This document shows positions 1 to 11,338 of a DNA stretch of 64,000 nucleotides, one piece after another (position 1 is the first letter of the stretch; every line of letters starts with the position of its first letter). This DNA is from Oikopleura dioica (taxonomy: Eukaryota > Animalia > Chordata): positions 11,222,001 to 11,286,000 of the forward strand of contig OU015568.1 of assembly GCA_907165135.1 (NCBI GenBank), written 5' to 3'. A model generated the notes under the pieces. It did not search any database. It had not been told where the DNA came from and was given only the letters and a program-made list of their open reading frames with translations. The translations under genes and the position numbers were made by a program.

Positions 1-1305
1 GCGATGTGGCTACGCTAGAGATCACAAATGCTTGGAAATCGAAAGGAAAAGGGTTGAACACGGACTTATTGTTGGTTGCTTTCTCAAAATCAGCGAAATT
101 AACCCTGAAAAGTGCGACGGTTGAACAAACGCGCCGCAGATTTGCACGGCGAGTACAAATATTTCACTGGCTTTGCGGGGACACTAACAATTCCCGAAGA
201 GGTTGTCCAACACGAAGGCGGTTTCTCGATCCTGCTCAGCTTCGATAGGTGAGACTTCACACGATAAGATAAATAGAGCCCGGGCGCTGGAATTTTGAAC
301 AAGATATAAAATATCAACTAAGTTAGATGTTGTTTTAGCTCTTATTTGGTTTTTTATGAACGCTCCTTTAACCACCCGCTCTCGAAGGAAAATTGCCGTT
401 CTTGTGTTTACTTTCAATTAGTGAGAAACGATTAAACGTGGCCCTGAGCCTTGAAAATCCGCTTGATAAGGCTAGATCTCCAGCCGGAGTGAGGTACTCA
501 ACGAATAAGCTTAGTCCCGATCAAAATAATTGGTTAGATAATTGGCGTTCCCAAGCGTTTTCCTCGTTTTTCCGCTGTCTATGCCGCATACAATTCGGCC
601 AAGAAAGTTCTATAAGCAATATTTGCGGCTGTACACCACTCAAGTATCGGATCTTCTGGGTTCTATCAAGCTAATCCTGCACCCAAATTATCTAGCTCCA
701 CGATCACATACGTGCTTATCCCATCTCCGCGCGCTACTTTCGTATTTTCGTACACGTTTTCATTAGCACGTAAACGCTAATCCCCAATTTGAAATTCGTT
801 AAAAATTCGTTTATCTGCTTAAAAATATTCTTTTCTAGCTCCATGTTTGACTCTGCCTCGCTGACTTTTGAAAGTTTTAATTTGGCGATTTGGGATTTGG
901 TATTTGACGAGCAGGGAAGATCGGGAGTGCTCCTGCGGCCTAAGAGCGACTTGGATATGATCCGCGATGAGCTGCAGATCAATTCGAATCAATTCCAGAT
1001 CATTGTCGACAGGTTAAACGAAGATGCGGGATTTCGTAAGTTCTCTATTATCCGTCTCTTTTTACCAGGCGTTTAGCAAAAGTGTACCTTTGGGCACAAA
1101 CTGATGTTGATTCTTCATGCATCGGAAACTCAACTAGACCTGACATGGACGAGATCATGGTTGATAAACACGGCCGAGAGCTCGAAACTGACCAGATTCG
1201 AAAGGTAAAACTTATATTTCTTCCGAACTTCACTATTTTCTCTTAGATTTCTTGGTCAGAGGACTCGATTACGAGGCTGAAACGACTCTAAACGCCTGAA
1301 ACTGT
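1..1305 (+). CDS. 3' part of an uncharacterised multi-exon gene (truncated by window start)
   Basis: Open stretches such as SMFDSASLTFES...DRLNEDAGF (838-1035) and RLAKVYLWAQTDV...DQIRK are flanked by GT..AG short introns (gtaag 1036, gtaaaa 1205); AATAAA at 1483. No family recognised. Confidence 0.35.
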
Positions 1306-1549
1306 ACAAACTGTCAACTCAACTGACCGTTTCTGAGAAGAAATGCTCTTTGTAAATATTTTGAATTGAGCCTCCTCTGCCTGTAAACCTGTAAAATAGC
1401 TATTTTTCATACACGATGCGGCTAACACTACCTGCTGTGAAATTAACCTGTGCTCTTGAAAAGAATTCCAGAGCTTGCCTCAAATAAATTCCTTCTTACT
1501 GACAGAACAAATTTAGATCGATTAATTCAGAATAGGTCAATAGTATATT

Positions 1550-3161
1550 TTATATATCATGAACTTTTTTGGGTGAAAATAGCAGCTTTTTAGAAGTTTC
1601 AGAAAAGGAAGAAGAAGCAGTGTTTGCATCGGCGATCCAATTTTTCAAAATTGTAATGTACTCAGTTCGAGTAGCGGTCACTTCTTCAGGATCAGCTGGG
1701 TTGTCTGCTCGAAGGTCCAAGTGGTGAGCGCCTTTGGAAAGAATAAACACGTAATTTCTGGGGCCAGCTTCTTCTGCAGCGAGAACTCCTCCAGAAGACC
1801 ACGGATCTAAAGAGTTTTAACAGGTTTAGTCATACAAGCCTACCGAGTAATCCATTCGAGAAGATTATGCCACCGATGGTTTTCATTGTCTCAACAGAGA
1901 AGAACATCTCTGCCCAGTGCTCACGAGGGGTTGTTCCAAAGGTCGATTCGCAGTTTGCAGAGTATGTTGGGAAGTCGTAAGTGTGGACTCGGAACATGTC
2001 TTCTTTGCCGTCCGAGCAGAAAGGAAAAACGAATTCGGTGCATGTCTTCATGGCGATAAGTTTATTTTCAACAACTCAGGTTTACCTGGAAGTACCAATT
2101 GTCGTATCCAAGATCTCCACCTTCATCGCCAAGATCGAGACATTCTAGCTGCCCGGTATAATTGTAATAGACGGAAGCAGCATCTCTCAAAGGCTCGAGA
2201 AGTTCTTCCTGGTTGATGTCATGATCCAAATGGCTACAGGCGACGTTTACGGGCCAGCCAGGAACATCACCGACAAAGTTAGTAGGATAAGGATAGTCCA
2301 TCATCGCAAGAGTTCCCCAAACATCTTCCAAAAAGTCTAGAAGTGGTTCAACGTCCGTGATCGGTTTGCATGTACGGAAGGTTTCCGATAGAGTGCGTTT
2401 TCCGACCATGTGGCTGCCGATAAGCTTGATTGTTTCCCAAGACTTTCGGATATTATCAGAGCAGAAGTGGCCTGCTGGAGTGTTGGAAAAGGTCCTCGTG
2501 GTGACCTGGTAGAAGCCTCGACAGTCAAAGAGACCTGGGAGGAATTTGACTGGTGCAGAGCCAGCAATGGCACCAGTAACGAGATTTGGGTACTTGATTC
2601 GGAAATAAGCTGCAAGCATGCCACCGTAGCTACCGCCCATAGCGATGACGGGTCCAGTCACACCTAAAGATTAAAATTATTAAACAAATTGTCCTTTCGT
2701 GGCCCGAACCTGAAGATTTAAGATGGACAAGATACTGAGCGTAATCGGCCAACGCTTGCTCAGCAGATAAGTACAAATTCTTGTCATCGGGGATACTTTT
2801 TCCGTAGTAGCGATGTTCCATGAAGACAAGCTTCGCGTTGAGTTCCTTACCCGCCTTTCGCATAAATCCGGTATTTTCGCAGAAAAGTTGAATATCACCT
2901 AAAGGACTATTAACGGTAATCAAAATCTCTTTTAGTACCTTCATTTCCAGTATAAAAGAGCACCGGTCCTCCAGCTTGATAGAACCTATCATCAGTAATC
3001 ACTCGAATCTCAATTTTCTGGGTATTTCTCGTAGAAAAATGGTCATATTCTGCTTCGAATGTAGAAATCTGCGAGCAGAAGTCACTGTAACTATCCAAAC
3101 TCGAGTATTTCAGTGGCTTCAGCGCCACAGTGAGGCCCAAAATGAGCGCAAAAACCTTCAT
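1550..3161 (-). CDS. PRCP: Lysosomal Pro-X carboxypeptidase (peptidase S28), multi-exon
   Basis: Signal peptide MKVFALILGL; GPVLFYTGNEG, EHRYYGKS, EQALADYA, catalytic GGSYGG, FSNGLLDPWS, GAHHLDLR. Confidence 0.93.
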
Positions 3162-3354
3162 TTTCTCTTTTTCGAAAAATGATGTTTCTGGTTTCAATTG
3201 CCCGCCAAGACGGAGTTTTGTGCTACAGCTGCAATTTTTCACACGACCTCCAATCTGATGAACAACAGTCTTTTAACAAACACACAACAGTTTTTTGCGT
3301 TTCATTAACAAAAATTTATAATAGGCTAGGAGTCGGGAATAAGTACAGAAAGAG

Positions 3355-3738
3355 TTAGAGGCCCATTTGACGGCCAAGTTCCATTTGTTGCATCTGTAGC
3401 GCTTGAAGTTGTGCGGGTTCTTGAAGTTCGCGCATATGAATCTGCATTTCAACCTGGAAGTCAAGATATTTTCTTACGCAGTTATCTTGAATCATTTAAA
3501 AGAAAATTTTGCCCACTGAAATTTACCTATGCAAACGGCCTCAACTCTGGACAATCCTCTGATTTCATTTTCTGTCATGACGCACTTGCTAAATAAGATG
3601 TCAGTCTTCCTTGATTCCATAGGGAGCTTACTGTTCACATGAATTTTGCATCCTCACAAACTGATCTTGCATGGCCTTAATTTGCATCTGTTGCATTTCT
3701 TGCTGCATTTTGAGCATTTCCATTTGTTGCTCATCCAT
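3355..3738 (-). CDS. TIMM10: Small Tim chaperone, TIM10-like (3 exons; missed by ORF track)
   Basis: Spliced product MDEQQMEMLKMQQEMQQMQIKAMQDQFVRMQNSCEHKCVMTENEIRGLSRVEAVCIDNCVRKYLDF... with twin CX3C motif; LSRVEAVCIDNCVRKYLD resembles TIM10 LSKGESVCLDRCVSKYLD. Confidence 0.8.
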
Positions 3739-3819
3739 TTTTACTTATTTTTTGACGCAATATTCTCTAAATTTAAGTTCTTATTGATTTATATATTTTA
3801 ACGAAAGAGAGAAATAGAA

Positions 3820-4335
3820 TCAGTAGACAGATACAGCGTGGTATTCAAGCCAAAGCTTGAAAGCAGGGTAAAGAGTGCGCATGTTGTTCTTGTGGAGCTG
3901 GTTGTTTTCGAATCGACAGAGAGATGTTTGAGACGTTTTTCGGCCAGTTATTGATGTCATCTCTTTTGCTGCTTGAGCTTGAGTGAGTCCAAGTTTTACT
4001 CGAAGTCGTCGAATCGCAAGCCGCATGCTGTCAATGGCATCATCTGTGATCAGTTCCGTGTCTGGTGAGGTAGGAGCTTGATACGGAGAAATCGGCGACA
4101 CTGGTGAAGATCGGGAAGCTCGAGTAGTTTTCATTTTGAACGACTTCGAAGGACTTGGCGATCGGGAAGCAACAGGGGATGTTACTTGGGCCGGGAATGG
4201 TTGCATGAACTTCGAGTATTCAAAGATCATTTGGTCGAAGAAGTGGGCGGACTCGGTGATGTTGTTAAATTCAAATCCGTTAAGGATGGAAAAGACTTCT
4301 TCGCCGTTGAGTTCTGGAAGTTGATAAGTAGCCAT
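3820..4335 (-). CDS. Intronless protein with a POU-specific domain but no homeodomain
   Basis: RLRVKLGLTQAQAAKEMTSITGRKTSQTSLCRFENNQLHKNNMRTLYPAFKLWLE matches the POU-S consensus RRIKLGFTQ..SQTTICRFE.LQLS.KNM.KL.P.L.KWLE; stop 7 codons later. Confidence 0.85.
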   Translation of the reverse strand: MATYQLPELNGEEVFSILNGFEFNNITESAHFFDQMIFEYSKFMQPFPAQVTSPVASRSPSPSKSFKMKTTRASRSSPVSPISPYQAPTSPDTELITDDAIDSMRLAIRRLRVKLGLTQAQAAKEMTSITGRKTSQTSLCRFENNQLHKNNMRTLYPAFKLWLEYHAVSVY

Positions 4336-4677
4336 GATTGTTTTTTTTTTGAGTTTTGATTTGATGAGTAGACGATCATGCTTCGAGATATTTATTGCAA
4401 CTTTCGCTTCCGACGGCGCTGAGGAGTGATAAGGTCTTCCGCGAAGGAATAGTTGAGAAAATGAGGCTCGCAGATGGGAGGAAACAGATGGGACACAGCG
4501 ATCTCAGATTAGGGATGAGATTGCGCTGATGCATATCTGTTCGTTGCTAATGAAAATAACGACTCAGCTACTTTTAAATAATTTTTATTGAATAATGAAT
4601 TGGGCGAAGAATGAGGTAGAGCAGAAATCTGAAAGCATGATATTGAAAAATTAGGACAGTAAAAAGTTCAGTAGAAA

Positions 4678-6210
4678 TTACTGAATACACAGTGATCCAG
4701 AGATTTTAAAAATTTAAGATGGCAAGAGTTGTCGTTACCCCGAAAATCCAAACACCAGTGATGATCAAAATTGAACCAATTGATACTTGAAGTATTTTCA
4801 TAAAGCTAGAATGAAGAGTTTCAGATTTAAATTACTTCCGACTTTTCTACCTTTTATGCCATCCAACATGGTCAACGGCTAGGTCGACCATAATCAACCC
4901 GGGGAATATCATAATAAAGAAAGCAGCTAAAGATCCAATTACTGAAATGACATCAGCAATATTTGGAACAGAAATCGCAAGTGCAAGAGCCGCTGTAAAC
5001 CACACAATTGTCGGGACGATCCTGCGCCATTTTTCCTTGCGAATTTTTTCTTCTTCAGGAATTTCATCATAGAAGGTATCCAATCCGGATATTGAGAGAA
5101 AAGCGGAACGTCCACAAAATGCCAGAATCGGATAGCTAGAGAATTATGTTAATGAAGGTGCGCTATTATTGAGTCGCACCTGGTAATCATTACAACGGCG
5201 ATAAGGGCTCTAGCGACGATAACCAGTGGGTCATTAGCTGGATAGGATTTCAGTATATCGGGGTTTACATCAAGTCCAAAGGAAAGGTAGCCGAATGTTC
5301 CAGCCAATGTGTAAACGAAACAACAAGAGATCAAGGCCAGACCAGCAACTAAGAATCGGTAGTAAGTCAAATTAGTCCAGAAACTCTCTACCTAACAACC
5401 AGGATTTTGGAGACTTATCGGCCATACTGGAGTAGATTGGCACCGAACTGACATGGCATTGATATGCGAAAAAGAGACTGGGCAAGGCCGACATAAATGA
5501 AGAAATAGAATAAGGCCATTCTGGAACTACCGAAGGACGCGGGTCTTGATCAGGCGTTGGATCGGCGTACCGAGTGACGATCACAAATACGACGAAGATG
5601 CAACTGAGAAACCCGAGGAGAGATGCATGGCGAAGAAAACCAATATCTTATGAGTTTGTTATAAAACGGAGTGATGACGAAGAATTACCTTTGGGAATAC
5701 AGAGAGGGAGAATAGAAACAAAACCAATGACAGTTATCGTGAATCGCCTATCCAGATACCAAACGTTGGTGTTTGAAAATATCTGTTCAAAAACCAAATC
5801 AAGCTGATCGCCCAGCACGATTTGGAAAGTAATGCAGCACCCGAAAGTATACAACATGATGAAGGTCATTGACATGACGCCAAATCTGACGCCAACGACT
5901 TCCCGGACAGTATCTTGGTAATTTGAGACGTTCTTCTCCTTGGCGGCTTTGGCTAGGAAATGAAGCCCGACGATAGAAAGAGCGAGGACGATGATTTGCA
6001 TGATCAGACTGATGCGCCATCCTCCGGCGAGCGCGTAAGCATAGGGGAAATTTAGTAGACCGGCTCCTAGCGCAGCATTACAAACAATAAAGATGGCTCC
6101 AAATTTGGAGACTCCCTCCTAGAAGAATTTATAAAGGTACTTGACAGAAACCAAATTACCGAGCTAGTTACACTCTCCCTTGGAACAAGTTGTTCAGTTG
6201 ATGAGTCCAT
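4678..6210 (-). CDS. SLC38A7: Sodium-coupled neutral amino acid transporter SLC38A7/8-like, multi-exon
   Basis: GAIFIVCNAALGAGLLNFPYAY, FAYQCHVSSVPIYSSM, AGTFGYLSFG, SYPILAFCGR, IGSLAAFFIMIFPGL; many TM segments. Confidence 0.85.
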
Positions 6211-6271
6211 ATCCCGATTCAATTATTCTAAAAATTTTTATGTAAATTTGAAAGTCTAATATAACAATATA

Positions 6272-8791
6272 TTAGTTTTGCAGTTGTTTAAGAGCAAGGG
6301 CCTCAAGATCTGCCGTTTCCATGTCTTCATCTGATTCGTCCTCATAATCGAAATCTTCTGTTTCTTTTGAAAGTTTTTGTCGCTTAGAGTAACTTTCGAA
6401 ATCATCATCACTAAAACGGTATAAGGGCGTCATTCTTAATCGGGCGTGTTACCTGTGTATCGATCCATCCGAGTCACCTCCGCCAAATGTCAGGTTATTC
6501 AAGAAATTATTCGTATCTTCATTCATTTTCTCTTCATCTGAGTGCGCCTCCTGCTCCTCCATGTTCTTGTTCAGTACATCAAGCTTCATTTGCTTCTTGC
6601 TCTTCATCTTGGCCTCGAGTTTCTTCCTCCTCTTCATCTCTTTCTCAGCCACTCGATCGTCCACATCTGCCTCCCTAAAATAAGTATTAGTTTTTCCTTC
6701 AATTTTATCAATAAAAACCTGAGTCTCGAATGAGCCTCAGCGGGATTGAAGTCGACCTCGTCTTCCGATTCTTCTCTTTCCTCATCTGACTCGCCGATCT
6801 TCTTCACCGTACCTTCCACTTCCCCTCTCAACAGTTTGCTCTGCAATCTCTTTTTCTGTCGTTTGGAAAGTCCTTCTTTAACCTTTTTCTCCGGCAGGTT
6901 CGCCAGCTGTTCTTCGTCAACTGTCACCGCCTTCTTTTCGAACATATCCTCAGCTTCATCTTCATTATCCGAATCATCACTATCAAGTGCATTTGGTTCC
7001 TCTTTAATCTCCTCTTTCTTTGCTTTTTCTTCTAGTATCGAGGATTTCTGCGTTTTCAAAAATCTCAATCGAGGGGTTTTGGCTAAACCTAATGAAGAAG
7101 CGATTTTGTCCAGATCAAGAGTGTCTAGCTTGAAGAGTTTTTTGTTCTTCGCCATATGCACACTAAAATTAAACTCAAAAACGAGAATAATAAGTCTACC
7201 TCTTGCAGTAGGCTGTGAATGCTCTGCTTCCGTATCCCTTTATTTCTTCTCTTTCCGCGCATAAAGATCTGAGCTTCGGGCTGATATCGACTATCATCTC
7301 TTTGTTATAAATCCACTCTGTAACATTCACCGGCGGCTTTCTCGACCTCAACTCTTTGATCATCTTCTTCTCTGACGGATTCAAAACCAAGACCGAGTTC
7401 CCAGCTTGATCCGATCTGGCGGTTCTTCCTGCTCGATGAATATATTCATCTACGCTTTCTGGACAGTCAAGTTGAACGACCCAGTCGACATTTGGAAAGT
7501 CCATCCCTCGAGCAACAAGGTCTGTGGCGAGAAGAAGAGCTCGATCTTTCTTGCAGAACTCATCGTACGTAGCCATTCTCTGATGCTGCCCCATTTTGCC
7601 ATGAAGACGCATCAGTGGAACACCAGGGGTCATTTTAAAGAAAACTTCTTTCGCATGCATTACTTGCTAATAGCGTTCATTATTGAAAAGAAATCTCGGA
7701 GAACACACCTTGCAAGTAGCAAAAAAGACGACAGTTTTTGTGGTTCCTTTGATCGCAACATTTTTCATGAAAGAAAATAGAAAGTTGAGCTTGTCTTCTT
7801 GATTTACGATACAGTAAGTTTGGTTGAGATTCTTTGGTGTCGCACTCTTTGAACCAGAGGTAATGTTCACAAATTTTGGATCCTTTAAACTCAGCCGAGA
7901 GAGCTTCGACGTCTGCGCGCTGAGGGTTGCTGAGAACAGCATCGTCTGTCTTCGAAGAGATCAGGTAAATACAAAGAGTTTCATTGTAATTTACCTTGTA
8001 GAAGGCAGAAACGAGATAATCTGATCTACTTGAGCTTGGAAGCCCATATCCAGCATTCTATCAGCTTCGTCAATGACAAAAGCTTTCACATTGTCAAGCG
8101 TGAATCCATGGGTCTGATCAAGATGTTGGCAGAGTCGACCAGGCGTCGCTAAAATGATTTACGAAACGTCGATTCTGAGCAACCAGACCTATGATAATGT
8201 TTGTTTTGGAGATGACTTTTGCTTCTTCCTCAACTGATTTTCCGCCGGTGACAAGGCCGGCAGAAAAGTCATGCTTTAGACCAATTTTTCGCAGAACATC
8301 GTAGATCTGCATCGAAAGCTCGCGCGTTGGTGAGAGGACTAGTCCACCTACTCCGTCGATTTGTGTCCATCTATTGCTCCATAAAATCTCTAATAGCGGG
8401 ATGAGGAAGCCAAGAGTTTTACCACTGCCTGTTTTCGCTGCTGCAAGGATATCTGAATCCGCATAAGATATTGAAGATTAAATTCTGCCAAACCATTTCC
8501 TTGGAGAGCGAGCATAAGGGTTTGCTGTTGAATTGGAGTAGGCTTGCAATCTTCCGGTAGATATCTCCTTAGTCCTCTCTGAGTCTGTGGTGACAGAGGA
8601 TAGCCAGCAAATGGAACATCCGAATCAAATTTTTCATTGTATCTGTCGACTTTTTCTTGTATCACTTGATCTTCTTTTTCCCACTTTTTTAACTTTGGCT
8701 TTTTGTTGAAATTTCCTTTTCTTTTATTGCCGCGAAATCGATTCTCTTTCTCCGGGGCCACTGCCGCCAACCAAGGCGTAACTTTGCCCAT
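6272..8791 (-). CDS. DDX10: DEAD-box RNA helicase DDX10/Dbp4, multi-exon
   Basis: [58 protein letters not shown]; C-terminal DLEALAL tail typical of DDX10. Confidence 0.9.
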
Positions 8792-8921
8792 TCTTAATTT
8801 TTCAGAATGATGACTGTAAATAAATAATTGTTATTGAAGGCACGCAGTTATTTGTAAGGTAACATCAGGCAAATTTAGTAAGAAGTTTTTCATGCGGAAG
8901 CAATCTGGGCGAGAAGAGGTC

Positions 8922-9330
8922 CTAAATGTTGTTCGTTTCGTTGCTTTTTGATATAGAACTACCTCTGACTGTATCGATAAGCATTTTCAAAGCCATCTTG
9001 AGCACTTCTTTCAAAAGTGTGTACATGGCAGTCTCTGCAGGTTTCTTTTTTCCTGGCTTTTCAAAGTGCTGGCTAGCTAAATGAGCGAGGATAATAATTT
9101 TTACAGTGCTTAAACTCACCAGAAGCAATAAGAACATCATCATCCCGAATAAGGTCAAAGTCAATGATCTCACATCCATGGGGGTTGAATAAAAAGTTAA
9201 CTCGATTCATTCTCAGCTCATCGGCGATATCATTTTTGAGTTCGGTCAAAGACGACTGATTGAAAGGTATCACAACTCCTTGACGAGTTGCGTTCTTGAT
9301 TACATGCAGACGTCTCAATCTTTCGGTCAT
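8922..9330 (-). CDS. Small stand-alone KHA-domain protein (KCTD9 N-terminus-like), 2 exons
   Basis: LRRLHVIKNA..GVVIP...FLFNPHGCEIIDFDLIRDDDVLIASG resembles KCTD9 KHA (RRVTLFLNG..GKVVAV...GGLIDDIALIRDDDVLFV). Confidence 0.6.
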
Positions 9331-9473
9331 TCTTCAAGGGACAATAAAATATCTTTATCTAATATTTTTTTTGAAATCAAGGAAGACGAAATTTCTGAAC
9401 AATATATCTTTATTTGAAATAGTATAAATGCTACTAGAAGAGAACATGAACAGTGATATATGTGGCTTTCAAC

Positions 9474-9961
9474 TTAGATAATGGCGCTGAGCTTCTGGGC
9501 AAGCATGAGATTTCCCTTGATCTTCAACTTTCCAGCGAAAAAGGCGCTCTGCGCATTCAACTCGCCAGCTGCCAGCTTGCAGAGAACTTCATCAGACAAA
9601 ACGATGGTACAGTCAGGCTAGAGAAGACTTAAAAATCTTCACAAGATAAAAACTATCTTACTCGAACACCTTCGCCTTCAACAAGAGATCCCTCGCCATT
9701 CTTCAGATCAGCGGTCCAGGATTTGACGATCTTCCTTTTACCTTCGACAATATCGAATCGGAAAACTCCCTGGACTTTTCCAACTGTTTCTTCGTTGATT
9801 CGCTCACCCATCTTTGCAAAAACTTTGTCTGATTCCAAGAGATTTCGGACGGATACGGTCAGAGGTCGAACCTGAATGGCTCGGAGAACAGGTCGAGCTG
9901 AATTTTTCAAGTTCTATTGATTCTATTCGGACCTACCGATGAGATTGAATCGGAAAACCAT
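9474..9961 (-). CDS. SCP2 sterol-binding-domain protein with probable mitochondrial presequence
   Basis: [49 protein letters not shown]; Arg-rich acid-free N-terminus. Confidence 0.85.
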
Positions 9962-9976
9962 GCTTTGTTGAATTCG

Positions 9977-10950
9977 TCACGATTCTATCTGAAGATGACT
10001 CAGGTAATTTCTATCAGAGGGAATATATCTGTTTGCCATAGCTCTTATAATTGTATCAAAAGCCTCTAATGACGAGCATTTTTCTTGTACAGAGTCTATG
10101 TAAGCGATGTCGTGAGGCGAGAGAAAACGAGGCGTTGCTCTTTCGCCATACTTGGCACGCAGCACGTAATATGTACAGTAGTCGCTCATCACGAACTCTT
10201 TATTCTGGGTTCAACTTCTGCCCTAGTTAATATCAGGGAAGAACCGTTCTAGAAGAAATCGTTAAACCCATTCCTGGATTAGTCCTTTTTGCTGTGGCAA
10301 CTTGAAGAATTCTTCGCTTTATAATTTTGTCATCAGAAGTAAACGATATCAACGAAATCGTCATTTGAAGAAGAAAAAAGCTGAACGCAAAGAAAAGCAG
10401 GATACTTTTACGCTTCTCCCGTTCCCAGTTTGCTTTTCTTTCTGCTTCATAAATGTCATATTTCATTTTCTGAGATAGTTTTTAAAATAGTATTTATGGG
10501 ATAAAGCAAACCTTGTATCTAATATAATTTTCATATCCATCATCTTCTTGTTTACGCTCTGAAGGATTATACTTCGAATGAGTTCTATTTCTGTATGAAA
10601 ACGGTGTTCCAGTACTGTAAGAACTTCCAGTTTTCGCGCGAGTAGCTCGGACTTTTTGATAGTTTTCTAAAACGTCTTTTGCTTTTGTCAACTTTTTAAA
10701 CTTCTCAGCATCTCCTCCATCCTACTAGACATTTATTAAATGCTCATCCTTCTCTATTCACCTGATTATCAGGATGGTAAAGCTTCGCCTTTTTTAGAAA
10801 CGCAGCTTTGATTTCTTTATTATCGGCGTTTTCACCCACGCCCAATAATTTTGCCGATTCCGGAACTGTCAGTTTTCGTAAGAGCAAAACCCTCGAGTAC
10901 TTATTTACACCACACTGGCGTAACATCCTTGCATTACTACAAGAAACCAT
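9977..10950 (-). CDS. J-domain (DnaJ class C) protein with TM segment, probably mitochondrial
   Basis: LLGVGENADNKEIKAAFLKKAKLYHPD..GGDAEKFKKLTKAKDVL; hydrophobic SILLFFAFSFFLLQMTISLISF. Confidence 0.75.
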
Positions 10951-11056
10951 TGATTAACCTTTTTGAACGTTTTTATTATTTTTTTCGAAAATTAAAAATA
11001 ACAAGTGGTTGAAGTTTGATGCTGCTTTAAAGTTGCAATACTAGCAAAATTGAAAC

Positions 11057-11196
11057 TACCGATGAAAGCAGGCCTTTACCCTGGATAAAAAGATTGTCGC
11101 CACCCCCTGGCGACAATCTTTTGGCACTAGCCAATCACAAGTTTCGAGACTTGTAGTGGCGGCGTAACCCCGGATTTGAGTCTGCTTTCATCGGTA
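11057..11196. mobile_element. 140-bp MITE-like element with 15-bp terminal inverted repeats (TA-flanked)
   Basis: TACCGATGAAAGCAG (11057-11071) and CTGCTTTCATCGGTA (11182-11196); internal perfect hairpin AAAAGATTGTCGCCA...TGGCGACAATCTTTT. Confidence 0.7.
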
Positions 11197-11338
11197 TTTA
11201 CTAGATAGTATTAAGGTTTTGTTTTGTGAGGGTATAAGTTTCAATAAACGAGTGAAAGTAAATGAGTGAAGCTGGCTACAATTTCGTTAAAATAGTTATA
11301 AAAAGACACACATGTGATACACAGTGGGAACGAATTTT

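Noticed and set aside
6746-7264. Long + strand Ser/Phe-rich ORF (also 21187-21744, 24383-24703, 28408-28956, 35080-35529)
   Set aside because: Antisense shadows of real minus-strand exons.
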